Part shown: positions 1-14,024 of the stretch, piece after piece
Position numbering within the stretch: the first letter of the stretch is position 1
How the letters are laid out: the number at the start of each line of letters is the position of its first letter
Source: Octopus sinensis
Taxonomy: Eukaryota
Length of the DNA: 43,105 bases
Reading direction: 5' to 3'
Assembly (NCBI RefSeq): GCF_006345805.1
Contig: NW_021835019.1
Coordinates: forward strand, 1-43,105
Notes under the pieces: generated by a model
Seen by the model: only the letters and a program-made list of their open reading frames with translations
What the model was told of the DNA's origin: nothing
Databases searched by the model: none
Made by a program: the position numbers and the translations under genes

Positions 1-3000
1 TTAATTTGTTAGAATGAGCATTGAATTCATTTTTCGATTTATTAACGTTTTCAGACGCATCTTTGAGTGATTGCCAGTGGTCCTTGTTTTTCTAACATTT
101 AAATTAAAGGTTTTACGTTTATTGTGAACTGAATCCTGTCGATCTTCTCGAAAAGAACTGATTCGTCAGTCAAATATTGCTTTACGAGAGTTTCTATCTT
201 TCTCTTCAAAAAGAAGTTTTGTTCAGCATATTTCTGAAATATTTTTATACAAAACCTCAAGCTTTGTCAAGAAAGTATACAACTGTTCATTAGATGAAAT
301 AGACTCATCCATAAGAGACCCCAAGCTCATTTCAAGTTCTTCAATATCCCGGTAAACATCATCTCTCTCTGTTTTTAGACGGCGACACATGGCGACATGG
401 GTATTTAACTTATGGGCTGTTTCATGTGCTAATACGACGAGTGCGTTGTACTGTTCTTCCATATTAATAATATTCACTCCTGGCATGTCACTCTGCGCCG
501 TTATATGATCTTGCAAATAAATCAGTTTATTTTCACCGATTCTAATGCTATCAATCAAATTCTACTTGATTATGTAAATTGCTAACTCTAATCGCTTCCA
601 TGTTAACTATTGATAAATCTAAGTCCAATGGGTACTGATCACAGGTGTAAATTTCGTTGCGTTTTTCAGAAAGCCATAAGACTAGCTCTGTGTAGGCAGA
701 AATGTACTCCTTTGTATTACTATGCTCAAGTTGCCGAATATGTTCTTCATAATCCTAGAAAACTAGTTAAGTTAAAAATACTTTTATTTTGAGTGATAAA
801 TTTTTAAATTGAGTCTTCAAATCTCTCAATTCGTTCAAGTTGTTCCCCAAACAACTCACAAATTTTTCACTGTACATCTCGTCCAATAAGTTCTCCATTT
901 GATCAAAATCTCGAGATACTTGACCCTTTCAATCAAAATAATTCTGATTACAATATTTTTGCAAATATATTTTTGTTCTTTCCCAAATAATGAGTCCGAA
1001 TCAGAAAGCCACGTTTTTAGAGCATGAATCTTGATAGAGTATTCATTCTTGACAGAATTCAAATACTCTGCCAATGAAAATGTTTTAAATCACCAAATTT
1101 TGTCTTGGTATTTGTATTCTCGTCTTCTAAAGATTTTAATGTGTGAGTGTGTCGAGAAAGTGTCTCAGTAAATTGAGTCAAGTCAAAAGGACAATTTTCA
1201 CTTATTTCTGTCAATTCTTGCGACATTTGGGTGTTAAAAATCTTTTCTCTTTCCAACCCATCGTGAATAAGCTGCAATATAACATAAAGAATACTTGACT
1301 CAGTGATTCAATATTATCTGCATGCACCATATCATGAGGAATAGACTTGATTTTTGAGTTCAAATTTGTCAATTCCCGTATACCGTCTTCCCTTTCTGAC
1401 AAACTTGCTTCAAAAGTTTTTCCCCTGACTATTGAGGCGGTAGACCTATTCAAAATGTCCTAGGCATTTATTTAATATTTTTACGTCTATTATATCTCTC
1501 TGTGAAATTAGTTGTTGTTTGTTTTCTTCGTTCTTATTTTTGACAAGTTTGTTGTCGGGTAAGTAGTCTGCTATTTCATCTTCAATCGACAATATCGTGT
1601 TTTCGCGTTCTAGGAGAGCTCTCCGTAATATCTGAAATTAGCTTCAATTTTCCAACCTGTGCTTGTTTGATACGGTTTCCACCTTCTGTCAATGGAGGGC
1701 GCTCATTCTGCAACTCAGAGATTGTTCTGGTTATTTCTATCCCAGAACTATCCAATTCAACAACTTTTTCTCTGATTTTATTGTTTTTTTCCATTAATTC
1801 GGTAAATTTTTGTCTTTTGCTCTGATTTTGTGCTACAACGTTTTCCCATTCTTTCATTAGAGAGTTGTAAATTCTGTTGTTTTCATTATTCATTGTCTCA
1901 TTGTTAGAGGACTCAAGGACAACTACCAATTGATCTTTCAATTCGCATAAACATTTCTCTCCTTCGCTGATGAGCATGTCACAGTCCTAAACGTGCATTG
2001 TATTTTTACTCTACTTGTATATTTTCAACAATTTTTTTGACATCTAACTCAGAGGTAAATTTGTTTTCTTCTGCTACAAGAGATCTGGTCTTCTGTACTA
2101 ATCGACTGAATTCCTTTATTTTTTCTTCAAATTGGTCACAGACAGATAATCGTGTTCTCTCCAATTTTATTTGTCCCTTATTGGTAAGGAGTTGGAATAT
2201 TTCTACCATTATTTGTATTTTCAAATCATCACATTTTTTGTAAAAGTCATTCACTAAATCAACAAGAATTTGCCATTTGAGTTGACATTTCTCAAATTCA
2301 ATTATGTAATCGTCGTGATCTCCCACATTTCTCAAGAGATACGATTTAATGTATTTTTCAAATTCCTAAAAACGACTTTCCATATACTTTTTAACCTCTA
2401 ACTGATCAATTTTTTCTTTTGGAGTAGAATACTCCAAAACTTGTAATTTATTCATATATTCAGTAGTTTTAGTCGACAACCACTCGTTATTAAAAACAAA
2501 ATTATTCATTATTTGTTTCATCTTAGATAATTCTTGAAAATATAAATACGCGGTCTGTCTCACTAATTAGTTTATGTTAATTCCTACAATTCTGGCGTCT
2601 CTGACTTTATTTGTAATTTCAAATATATATTCTTCGTAAGGAATATGGTTTACTTCGAACTGCATAAGTCTAGTCCCCAATCTTCTAGATACAGCAGAAA
2701 GCGATTGTGCCAATCGGTCGCATTGATCAAGGTCAATGTTAAAGTTCTAAAAGAAATCAAAAAATTGAACTTTAAGCAATTTATTTACACTAGAGAAATC
2801 GCACGACTTAGATTGGTCGCTTAATTGAGTTGTATTTAAAGCGGGAAATAAGTTTTCAAATTTCTGTTGAATTTGGTTTGCTTCGTTCCAGTCAGAAGTG
2901 ATTTCCTTCAATTTGATATCTAGACGACCAATCGCCCTTCTGATTTGATCATACTCAGCCTGTATCTCTTTCAGAGCCGAACGGCCACGAATTAAGAATA

Positions 3001-6000
3001 ATTTTTCGAATTTATAATTCTTCAAAAAATTTTCCAATTCCTCCAAGTCTTCAAAATTACGATTTATGTTCGTCTCAATAATCTTATTTAATAACGCTAG
3101 TTATAAAACCTTGAGACGTTGTGTAGACTGATTAATACTAATCAAAATGGGAGATTGTGGTCGGCATAAATTTAATTCTTTGTTGTATTGAAACGCTTCC
3201 GTACGTAGCCTTTCACAAGCTGTTTCGAATTGTATTTGGAAGTTGCTTGATTCTTCGATGCTAATCCTTCTCTGTTTTATTTGATTTCGCAAACTTTCTA
3301 AAATCGCGACATCATTTGAAATTTCGTTCTTACGTTATTGAAAATAAGAATTTGATACCTTAAAAGACATTTGTGATCCAGTTCTTGATAATATTGAAAC
3401 CATATCCATACTCTGCTGATCATAAGGACAGTTTTTCCATTTTTCTAGTTCCACGTCCAATTCGTCCAAATGTACATTCATTGTTGTTAATTGTGTTTCA
3501 TCCGAGGAATCGATTTGATCTCTCCAAGTACATTCTGTGGTCTATTTTAAATGTTGCATAACAAAAATACTTGAATATGTTGTTTGAAGGTCAAATATTC
3601 TGACCAAGTGGAAACAACGGATTGCATTAAACAAATTCTTTCGTATATTTTCACGATCCGGGAACGCAGAATAGTGTACATTTTGCTGAGATTGGAGGAA
3701 TTGGCTGACTTTATGGACTCTTCTAGCATGAACAAATACTTTTTCTTTTCGTTTATTTCATTCTCGATAAACTGTATAATAAAATAGCTATGGATACTTT
3801 AAAAGTGCACAGGGATTTTAGCAAATCGAGGGAACTGCAATTTGACTGAGAAGCCATGTTTCTCTCAACGTTATTCGTCCAGCTGACCATTTCCTGCATA
3901 GTGTTGGCCAGACAGTTCTCAGTCTCTCTGTTACTCCTCGCAGTCGCTAGTCGGTCCTGGACATCTTTTAAGTGGGACTGGGCAGTTTTAAGGAGATTCT
4001 GGCACTGTTTATCCCAGAATTCAGTTTCTTCTGAAAAAGACAAAATACATAAGCTTTTATTTTCGTTAATTAGGTCTTTAATGGCTAGAATACACTTTTT
4101 AGCTTTTTCCTCGTTTATCTGTTTTATAAATTAAATTAGACTACCCGAAGCCCAGACTCGTCATTTTCTACATTCGTCGACAAGTCTCTAAAGATTTCTG
4201 AGACGCGTTCAAAATTTTCAGAAAAATTAAGAATTTTTTGATTCGTTTTTTCCATATTATTAATATTTTTCTCCAAAAATTGTTTATTATTTTTCAAAAT
4301 TTCTTTGCATTCTCTTAACTGTCCTCGAATAGATTTCACACACGGATCATTCGGATCTTCCATGAGCATTTCAAACTCTTGGAGTTGTTCCTCTTTATAT
4401 ACCACCTCCTTTAACATCGTCTGACGTTTAAAATATTTTCATAACCTTCATTAAATCTATATTTTTTTCAAAATCTGCAGGAGTTGGTAATTCCGTAAAA
4501 GCTTGACTGTTAACCATCTCGTAAAATCTTCTAAATTCTGCCATCTTTGTTTTCATTTTGAGGTGATTTTCTTTACTAAAGAAAAATTGCTTTACTATTT
4601 GATACTTCTGATTGACCTGATGATGGAAGTCATGAATAGATAAAAATCTTTGTCTTATCTCATTGTATAATTCATTAAAGTCGGATGGTCGCATTCGATC
4701 ACGAATATCAGTCAAATTAATTTCTGCCTGCTCTGTTTTGGTTTTCAAACATTTTGAGACTTCAAAAATATTCTAGTTTTCTTTAGTGCATAATTTTAAC
4801 CTCCAGTTTTTTAATTTTCTCTTCCAATGGTGTATTTAATGAAATACTTCCTAGATTGTTTTGTTGGTCTTTAAATTCAGAGTCGAAATAAGCACAGAAT
4901 TTTAAAAGACTCTTCCACATAGCCTCATCATGAGAGATCTTGTCAATATGATCGCCAGCTCTGCTAAGCATAATTGAAACGACGTCTTGGACACGTGAAT
5001 ATTCACTTTCTAGTTCCTCAATTACTTTTTCACTGCATTGGCCCTCCACGTTATTAAGAGTCACTCTCATTAGTTTAACTTGAGGAACGACTATTTCCAC
5101 TAATCTATTCCTGGCCTCCTGTTTAGTCAAAATATTCAAAAATAACCTTTATTGTTTGAGCATGTTTTTCGAGTCCTGTCAATCCAGATATGACGGAATT
5201 GGAAGATAGCTGCCTGTCAACTCTCGCTAGTTCAGAGTTTAGTTCCACTATTGTATCATCTACTTGGATCCAGTCTTTTTGAATTTTCTTAACATTAAAT
5301 ATTTAAGTTATACAAAATATTTGTTCTCCTGTTCGACCATTAGTAAATTTGCCTCTTCTATTGAGTTTAAAAAGTTGTTTCGTGCTTTTTCGAGAAGTGG
5401 CATTTGCATATCTTGACATAATAGTTGATCTGCTTGTTTGATGTCTATATGGGCTTGTTTTATATATTCCTTAATTTCTTCATGTGCTTTTTTCATGCCA
5501 TTTACGAACTTATCCAAATGAAATTTATTTCCGAATCCATTAACAGGAGTCTCAATCTGATCCAAAGATAGTTTTATTTCATTGACTTTTCGAATAAAGG
5601 CTTCTTGTAAAAGTATTCCTTTTAAATTTGTGGAAGCCTGTAATGTTATTTTTTCCAGTGTTTGTCCGATGTTCTCTAATCTCATTTTTATTTTATCAAA
5701 ATCCATCAATGGGAGGTTTTCAGGGTCATACAAATTATCTCGACAAGTCATGATTAAATTGTTGTAGTTTTCATTAAACGTATTGTAAACATGAGGAAAA
5801 TTTTCGGCATAGTTCTAAAAATATTCTAAATAAAAAACAGCCTTAAATTTCTCTAAAGATTTATTGTATTCCTCGGAAGTGACGTTGTGGTTATCCAACG
5901 TGTTAGCCACTTTTTCAAACTCACTGAGCCAATGTCCCGTGTTTTCAATTCTTTTAAAATAATATTATTGTGTTACAAATATCCGGCATTCTTAATTAGA

Positions 6001-7407
6001 TTTACTTCAAAATCTAAATTTTTTGATGAATTTTCAATCTTCAAGTTTAATCCTAACCATGTCTTTTTAGCCTGGTCCAACTCGGCAATAAGCTTGTCAG
6101 GAATTTTCTCGCTTTTTGAGAGCGATAAAAGTTGTTCAATTAATCGTCTTGCTTCCTTAATATATTCGTCGTTATCAGTCCAATCCTAATATTTTATCAT
6201 AATTTCAAGTTATTACGTTTAGTCGTATCTGGATTTGATCAGGGGGTTGTCTTGCTGTAGTAATTTTATCAAAGTTTATGGTAATTTTTTCAATATTTTG
6301 GTAAAAATTACTCAATGAAACAGAAAATTGTTTAGCCACACCCTGTAAAAATCATAAGGAATTATTGCAACTATAGCAGTGCTTGGACCTTTTGGTGGAT
6401 TTAAAAAGAGGGATATATAAGCCATTATCGACTTCTCATCCGGTTTCTCCACGTCGACATCTATATATTTTATTATATGGTAGTTATTTTAGAATTTCAA
6501 TAAAATAAAAACCTTCGGGTTCTAACAGCCGGGGGATGTACAACTGCTTTTCGGCAGAGTTAAAGCAGTATTCCATCAACTCGAGGTTATTATTTTTGAC
6601 AAGTTCCTCGTTCTTCTTTCTCTTTTCAATTGGGAGACAAGAATGGAGTAGTTTCACAAAATTTTTCCCACTCCGCCAACACGTCCCGAAGTTGGTGACT
6701 TCGATTTTGTGTTTTCTACGAATTTGTGACAAATAATTACTCTTTCAGATTATTTGTCAATATAGTCGTTGGGGACTGCCCGAAATTTCTCCGTACAATC
6801 TGGAATATTCCAAACAAACTGTTTTACCTGATATTTGAGAATAATGCTCCAGAGAAGACCTAGAATTATGGAATGTTTTCCTTCTATGAGGTCGGATGGA
6901 TTGATGTTCACCAACTTGACCTACAAGCGTGCTTCAAATGGCGTTACGTCATTATCTTTTAGAAATTTTAAGGCAATTTGGTGGTTTGCGATATAATGAA
7001 CACGAGACATGTTTTTGTGATTCTCTATCGGCTTTGAGAGTAAAACAAATATAATTACCAATTTAACATTGGTTAAGTCTTCTAATAATTTTATTACTAC
7101 AATCCCGTCGGCCAATTCCGTGTAAATGTCAACAATGTTGAGCTTAAAATGTAATTTTAATTAACATACATTTTCAAGTCTGCTGTTCAACCAGCGGGTA
7201 AAAACCTTTTTTTGAAGTTGCTCCTGTTGTGCTAAAAAGGAAATGTCTACCTAAATACATACCCGTCAATGTTTGTATTGATAATACAAACGATTCTCCT
7301 TCCAACGAGGAAGAAGGTGCTACGGGTTCCATAGACACAGAACGAGTCAAATTTGGCATTTCAATTTCACGATCATGGGAAATTGCTTTTTTACTCCTAC
7401 GAACCAT
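1..7407 (-). CDS. Giant nesprin/dystrophin-like protein: N-terminal tandem calponin-homology domains followed by spectrin-repeat/coiled-coil rod; 3'-partial, many micro-introns
   Basis: Splicing out short GT-AG introns gives CH1 'QQEQLQKKVFTRWLNSRLENLNIVDIYTELADGIVVIKLLEDLT...KLVNINPSDLIEGKHSIILGLLWSIILKYQ' and CH2 'IEVTNFGTCWRSGKNFVKLLHS'. About 20 consecutive minus-strand helical E/K/L/Q-rich exon ORFs continue to the window edge. ATG at 7407. A KASH domain cannot be checked because the C-terminus is outside the window. Confidence 0.8.
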
Positions 7408-8329
7408 ATTTGCTGACAAAATCTCTTGGATACGCTATTCTATCCGTCTTTTTAAGAACTGATATTATTAATTTTATATGAAAAATTATAAAAGAGACTC
7501 AAGAGACTTATCGATTTTTTAATCCATTAAAAATTTAATTTATTAAACCAAAAAAATTAATTAAAACCAAAATAATCAGTAAGTTTCGACTTGTTTCTTT
7601 TTCGAGTTCGGATCATTGAAGATCCAATGTTTTCAATATACTCAAGCTATTTCTTTAAGTGCCTGCAAAAACTCCGTCGTGGTTTATCAAATTTGTTGCA
7701 ACTGTGCTGGACAGATGGAATGTGCATCTACACTACAAGAAATGCGGTATGAGCGGGATTAAGATAGAGACAACCGAAAATATCTCTTATTACAAGCAAT
7801 TTTCCAAAGAAGGTCGCCCACTCACTTCAAAAGTTATGAAAACTCCACAAAATAGTGTTCTAATATATATAACCCCACAAAGCTTGAATATTGTGAAGAC
7901 CAATGCTGATCCGAAAATATGTGCCCCCAATTTTTGATATTTTCAAGACCTTTTGTAATCGAGGTTTGAAGACTATAAACTCCTCTTGGAATACTATGAA
8001 GATATAACAAATATTAACTTGTATTATTGATCTGTTTTTTGTTTACATAAATTCATATATTTCAAATTATTGACGTCGGAATAATGTCTCAGAATTGCTT
8101 AAAACAGGTTGAAGTGAAGAAAATGCACAAATACAACCTGAACTGGCAGTTGCACAGCGCCACCTATGGCTCCACGGAATGTCCGCTGTCGACCTTCCTC
8201 CACAAAATCCATTATGGCATGCTGATCAATAATTTCTGCCGGGTATTTTAACCGGTTCAGAGCGAAAGACGCAAGAACTTCGCGTAATATGTTTAACAAT
8301 ACGACTAGACGTAAATTTTTTACTCTTAA

Positions 8330-9200
8330 GATATGCACAAAATATTGTGATTGCCTCAAAACATCGGCAAATCACTGAAACCACAGTCGGGCTCCAAACA
8401 CATCTGGAATGTTTCACCAATTGCCTAAGACTTAACCACATGATGCTTTTTTTGTCAAAATCATTTGTGACCTTAGTCACCTCTGACCGACGGCAGTTTA
8501 AAGCCAGCCCTGATCTATATATACACAACGAAAAAACTATTCGTCCTGAAATACCTCTGAATTTTGGCGTCATCTTCGACCAATGCCTTTCCTTCTTTCG
8601 GCACATTGACTTCATGCAGTAGAGTCAAACGCAAACAAAACGCCCTAAAAACCATATTGGGGCAATCGTTCTGTCAAGCAAAAGAAAGCCTACTAATCGT
8701 ATATAAACAATTCGTTCAAGCATCTGTGAATTACGCCAGCCTGTGCTGGTTTTGGAATTCATCCCTCACAAAATTTCTAAAACTCTAGCGCCTCCAGAAA
8801 GCCGGCCTCCGTACAGTAACTAGATGTCTCTTATCAACACCCATCTAACACCTCCACACCTTCCCGTCAGACATCATTTAGAAATGCGAAGATTACAATT
8901 CCTCAATGAGATCCTGAACAATGGATTAACTATGTCCAAACAGATACACAAACACATTTTAGGCCATCAGATCACTCGAACACAATAAACTACTAGACTC
9001 CGACCTCTACTTATCGATAAATCTGAATCATTGCTAAGCAGGAAAATCCGTGTACAACCATAAAGGATCTGCTCAGCCACCATCCCCTCCTCCACAGACC
9101 ATATCACTGCGTGCACCCAGATGACCTCTTCTCATGCACTGGACTACCTCAACCGTCTCCCCTCCTCGGGCTCCGGGACCGGTGGGAGCTGCCGGCCTTT
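8330..9200 (+). mobile_element. Degenerate Ingi/I-group-like LINE: RT C-terminal part and 3' end
   Basis: 'YAQNIVIASKH' (decayed YADD), 'TSDRRQFKASPDL', 'LNFGVIFDQCLSFFRHI', 'KESLLIVYKQFVQASVNYA', 'RLQKAGLRTVT', 'LPVRHHLEMRRLQFL'; stops and frameshifts present. Confidence 0.7.
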
Positions 9201-9357
9201 ACCGCTCGTTTTTTTACTTGCTGCCTTTTTCCTACAAAATAGCGAAACCGGGGATCAACTAATTAACTATCATGTTAATATGCTGACAAATGAATGATTT
9301 ATCACGAAGCAATTATTATAGAAAATATAGAAATGGCTATATTGTAGTTAACAAGCA

Positions 9358-11316
9358 TTAAACTTCGGTAGCCATATCTTGACAGAACTTGAGTTCATTA
9401 AACAATTTAATGTGTTCGGTAGTCCTATTCTTTCCTAGGAGTTCGACAAGTTTTTCCTTAAATAATTTAACACTTTAGACCTCAATTTCGTTATCTAAAC
9501 AAACGGATATGACACTCATGACTCGATCAAAAAGAGGCAAACCCAAACTATCAACGCATTCTCTGAGAAATATAGACATAATTTAAACTTTCTGAGGCAT
9601 TTGATGCGCTCTGATAGTCTGTTGTCGTTTTTATTGGGCTTCGTAAAGATCGAGTCGATTTGTGGTCTGATATTCCGAAATGACTGGTGTCTGGGGAGTG
9701 GAGGTGGTCTCTTTACTGTCTCTTCCTGGCGGTCAACAGTTTGCAATGTGTTCCCCAAACAGACAGCAAGTTTGTCTATTTCTCCACTTTATTTAAAAGG
9801 AATAAAATACTTTGTAGGCTCACTAATATCACTTAATTCAGAAAAATCAGAATCCGTCATTTTTGTGAGAGGTTTGTCAGCGAGGATAACCAATGGAGCC
9901 CCGTTCTTGTTTTCCTTTTTCTATAAAAATAAAAAATCATCTATATTTTACCATAATTAGTCTTCGTCGGTTTATTTTGAGAGAATCGAGGAAAACGTGC
10001 TTTGGGACAGATTCGACGGGCAATTCTTGGCGAATAAGTCTGGGCTTTTCGTCACTATTTTCAGAACACGTGACTAATAAGACATTTTAAAGATAAAATG
10101 ATTACTCTTGTCTTGACTATTTTCACTTTCACTTAGGCGTCTCCTTCTTCTTTCACGGGCACTCAGAGGCTTAAGTTATAAATAATTCGAATTTACTCGG
10201 TCTTTGGGAGGAGATGGAGGTCTTTTAAGATTCGCAAAAGGCGAGTTGAGTATTGGATCACTTTTTGGACGGAATAATCTTGGTTTCTCTTCGCTAGAAG
10301 ATTTGAAATCTGAGTATGAAGAAGTGATAGAAGACATCCTCGATTTAATGTTGCTTCGAATACTGCGTCTGCTCTATAGTAGCATATAATACAACTTTTT
10401 GATCGATTCCAATAAATTCTGAATATTTTGTCTGATAAAAGTTGTAGAAAGAAATCTCCGAATTGAAGGTCTTTTTTCCGGCGACAAATCAAGCGTTTGT
10501 TTGACTAGTTCCACCAAGGTCGGAGAGTATTGTTGAGGAAGGGGAGGAAACTGGGTTTCATTTTTGACAAAAACCTTCCCTCGAATAATTTTAAAGACAA
10601 GAGAGTGCATGGTCGAAGCGTCAAATGCGTGTCTGAGCGATAGCATTTCGTACATGCAACACCCGAATGCCCAAACGTCGGACTACGTCAAAAATGTAAA
10701 AATACTTTATAATTGTATGGTCTATTAGAAAACAATTCTGGACTCATGTAATAGGGAGTTCCGATTATGGTGGTGGCCATATCTGACGAGGAATCAAGTA
10801 CTCTGGATATTCCAAAGTCCCCCACTTTTATAATGTTGCTTTTACTCAAAAATATATTCTGAGTCTTCAGATCTCGGTGCAAAATGTTCTTCTCGTGTAA
10901 ATACTACGAATTCAGATCGACAAATAACCCGTAAAGCCAAAGCAATTTGAATGGCCCATTCGACCACCTGTTTTTCCTCCAAATATATGCTATTTCGTTT
11001 CTTCAAAATGGTATATAAATCTCCCCCAGCGCAAAAATCCATTACAATTTGAAGTCGTCCCTCTTCTGTACTAAATGACTCTTTATAAGCCACAATGTTT
11101 GGGTGCTGAATAGTGGAAAGTAGTTCTACTTCCTTGAGTGCTACTTTCTGTTCTTTTTTGCACTTATTCCAACATGGCATTTCTTTAATTACATACTATG
11201 AATGTCATCGGAAGTTATCTTGCCTCTTTCTTGTTTATATGAGAGCGAACAAGCCATATTTCCCCATAGCTTCCATTTCCTACAACTCGTATTTTCTGGT
11301 AATCGCCAAACGGCAT
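9358..11316 (-). CDS. NEK4: NIMA-related kinase, NEK4-like
   Basis: Spliced N-terminus '[23 protein letters not shown]...YVIKE'; '[11 protein letters not shown]', '[11 protein letters not shown]', '[11 protein letters not shown]', 'GTPYYMSPE'; '[11 protein letters not shown]'. C-terminus '[32 protein letters not shown]' resembles the NEK4 tail. First intron is GC-AG (11196-11223). Confidence 0.85.
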
Positions 11317-11596
11317 TTTAACTCATTCTATAAGGTCAAAATAAGCAAACACAACAATAATGTTTATTACTAAGCAACTGGAATTAGTCATCAAATATTT
11401 AATAATTCACCAAGTAGTGACCGCAGATTTTTTTAATTCGAGATCTTTTATCATTTATAATAGTCATTAATGACACTTCAATAATTGCTTTTTTACAATG
11501 AAGTGTGGTATTTCAACGTCCTAGTATCAGAGTAAATTATTATTAAAATATCAAATAAAATGCAATTAAGATAAAAAATATTCTAGGCATCTCAAA

Positions 11597-12958
11597 TTAC
11601 TCTGAAATGTCTGTCAATATAGATTGTATAATTTTGATGATATTATCTACTCCAAGCAAATACCCATCCTCCTGACTGCCAGTTTCCCAAAGCACTGAAT
11701 GGCTAAGTGGCCCGTTCAAAGCAGGCTGAACTCTCGCAAAGTCGATCATTCGAACGATTGGATTGGAATGATCTGACTCGTGAACAAATAGCAGAGACGA
11801 CCCGATTACCTGAATTTTACTATTAGTCCAAACCTCATGGTTTGCAAAAAAATCGGATTTCAACAAATGATCCTTCAAAGAGGTGATCTGCGAAAGATAT
11901 TCCTCCTGGGAAATAAACAAATAAAAGCAAACCAGAAGAGAACGACTCGATCCTATAAAACCTGACAATATATTCTTGACTTGTTCAAAGGTTCTGGCAC
12001 GTGGGTATATTTTTTTGGGTTCTTCGGGGTGTTTGGTGGCTTCTACACGAAAAGAAAGTGTGCGAGAAGAGCTGAGGGATTCCCTGAAAACCATGTAGCG
12101 GGATTTGAGAACTGCCCTTCGCTCGTTTTCCTCTGGAGTGGGCTCGTCGGGACATAATTTCACCATTTTGTCGTACAGGTCCTGAATGTGTACAAAATGA
12201 AATACTTGTCTATAATTGTGGTTGGTCATGTCCAATTCTGCCTGAAGATATGTTCTGCAGCCAATTTTGCAGTCCATGATAGATGGAGAGACATATTTCG
12301 CCAAGAGATCCTCCATTTTAATAAATTCTACAAATAGGAAAAGTCCTTACTCATCTCTTTGCTCCAAACGACTCCATAAAAGTTTGGGACAAAACTGTAG
12401 AGATCCTTTTCGTTTTGTATTTCGTAGAAACAGTTCATTTCGGCTTCGGAATAGGTTTTAAGAACCACTTCTTTTTCGTCAAAGGGCTTTTTGAAACTGT
12501 CTAAGTGGATTGAAATCAACTCAACTTACCTTTGTGCCCACTCACTTGTATCCATTCAGAGGAGTAATCTTCTGAGATCTAAACTGGCTGTCAACGAATA
12601 CATTAGGAAGTTCAGTTTCAAAGTCACATGACATAATGCTGGTGGATGGTTCACTCAGCTAAGAAATATATTTAAGGCTAATAACTGGACAAATTATAGG
12701 ACTGTGCATCCCAGAGTCGTAAGAAGGTGAAATACTGTGGGAAACGCGCAGGCGATTTTCATTCGATTCTGCAGAAATACTCTTACTATCAGATTCGGAT
12801 ATTTGAGTGACAATTATTGTCGGCAATTTCCTTTCTTGTTGCTGAATTTGTTCATTGTTTGGAGGTGATTTTTTGTGTTTTTTCAATTGTATTTCAAATT
12901 TAAAACAGCATAGACTAAATTTGACCATGACCGAATTTGGTCTTGAAACTAATTTCAT
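11597..12958 (-). CDS. IP3K: Inositol-trisphosphate 3-kinase (ITPKA/B/C family)
   Basis: 'MEDLLAKYVSPSIMDCKIGCRTY' (PxxxDxKxG), 'HE|VIGSSLLFVH', 'MIDFA', 'EDGYLLGVDNI'. Three in-frame micro-introns lie inside the long ORF. Start codon tentative. Confidence 0.9.
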
Positions 12959-13472
12959 TTTAATTTAGAATAATAAAAAATAGCAAATGTATAAAAATAT
13001 AACATTCAATGACAAAAATACCAACAAAAGAGATTTGTAAAATTATTTAAAAATGTATTGATCATCATTATATATCACCACATAACCACAACTTTTCAAC
13101 CGAATAATTTCATGAGCGAGTCTTAACTGTAAGTACTTACATTATAAATCTCCACTCATTTCGTATGTTTAAAAATAATAGAAATAGACACAGTTAACAG
13201 TACATTCAATGCGACATTTTAATGACATTTTCAAATAGAATTCACGCAATTTTGAAATAGTTTTCTAATCTTAAGTTTTCTACTCATTTGAAACAAAACA
13301 CCAAATAAAATAACTATGGAAAGTGCCTAGCGATAGATGCGACTAACTCCGATGCCTATTCGCCTGTAGAAATTTGAAAAATTAGTGAAAATAAATAATT
13401 TTGTAATATATTTAATTGATTTTATTTTAACTGTATTTAATAAATAAAAGGACTGTGTCAGGTCGGTTGTTA

Positions 13473-13823
13473 ATGTTGAGAACGTGCACTCTACAATTAT
13501 TTTGTAGACGAGCATTACCTGGTGGTAACCACAGAGAAAGGTTTCTGCCAAAAAATCATTTGTATTAGTAAAGGTTTTCCTCCTAACAGCAACCTTCACC
13601 CAGCCTTACTTGAAGGCCCGGATTGGGATTATTTAAGTGGTCCTGGAAAGGTTTCTCGAGGCCAAGTTCGTCGGATGGAGGAAAGGAAGAGTCTGGGGGT
13701 AGTATTAGCACAAATGAGAACTAGATTGAAATAATCAGACATTTAGCTGAACTTAGGGAGGTCAAGGAGATCTGTCAGATTGTTGGTCGGCGTAGTATTA
13801 CTTGTAGGACAATCAGAAACTGA
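13473..13823 (+). CDS. MRPL52: Mitochondrial ribosomal protein mL52
   Basis: ATG 13473; introns 13541-13568 (28 nt) and 13699-13724 (26 nt). Product MLRTCTLQLFCRRALPGGNHRESKGFPPNSNLHPALLEGPDWDYLSGPGKVSRGQVRRMEERKSLGIEII... matches the remembered mL52 pattern (A.GG.WR..G...NP....L...PDW.Y.DG.P.....GQ.RR). C-terminal end may vary with a possible extra 22-nt intron. Confidence 0.75.
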
Positions 13824-14024
13824 CTGATCTTTATGAGAAGACTGTTTCCGATCACCCCCTTACCAAATTCAAACACAAATATAGACTCAAAGCTAAAATT
13901 ATCCGAAAAGCACGATTTCAATCTTAATTTTCCTGTCTTTAAAATATTTTGTGTTGAAAATATTTTTCTGGATAATCATAAAATAAGATATGTACTGTAT
14001 AGATTGCTAGTGTTTTATTTCGAA

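Noticed and set aside
9140-9215. HDV-like ribozyme or structured ncRNA in the GC-rich patch
   Set aside because: I could not fit the nested double pseudoknot; more simply the LINE 3' UTR.
13327-13599. Minus-strand 90-aa ORF as a gene
   Set aside because: It is the antisense shadow of the spliced plus-strand MRPL52 gene and could not be linked into a coherent model.
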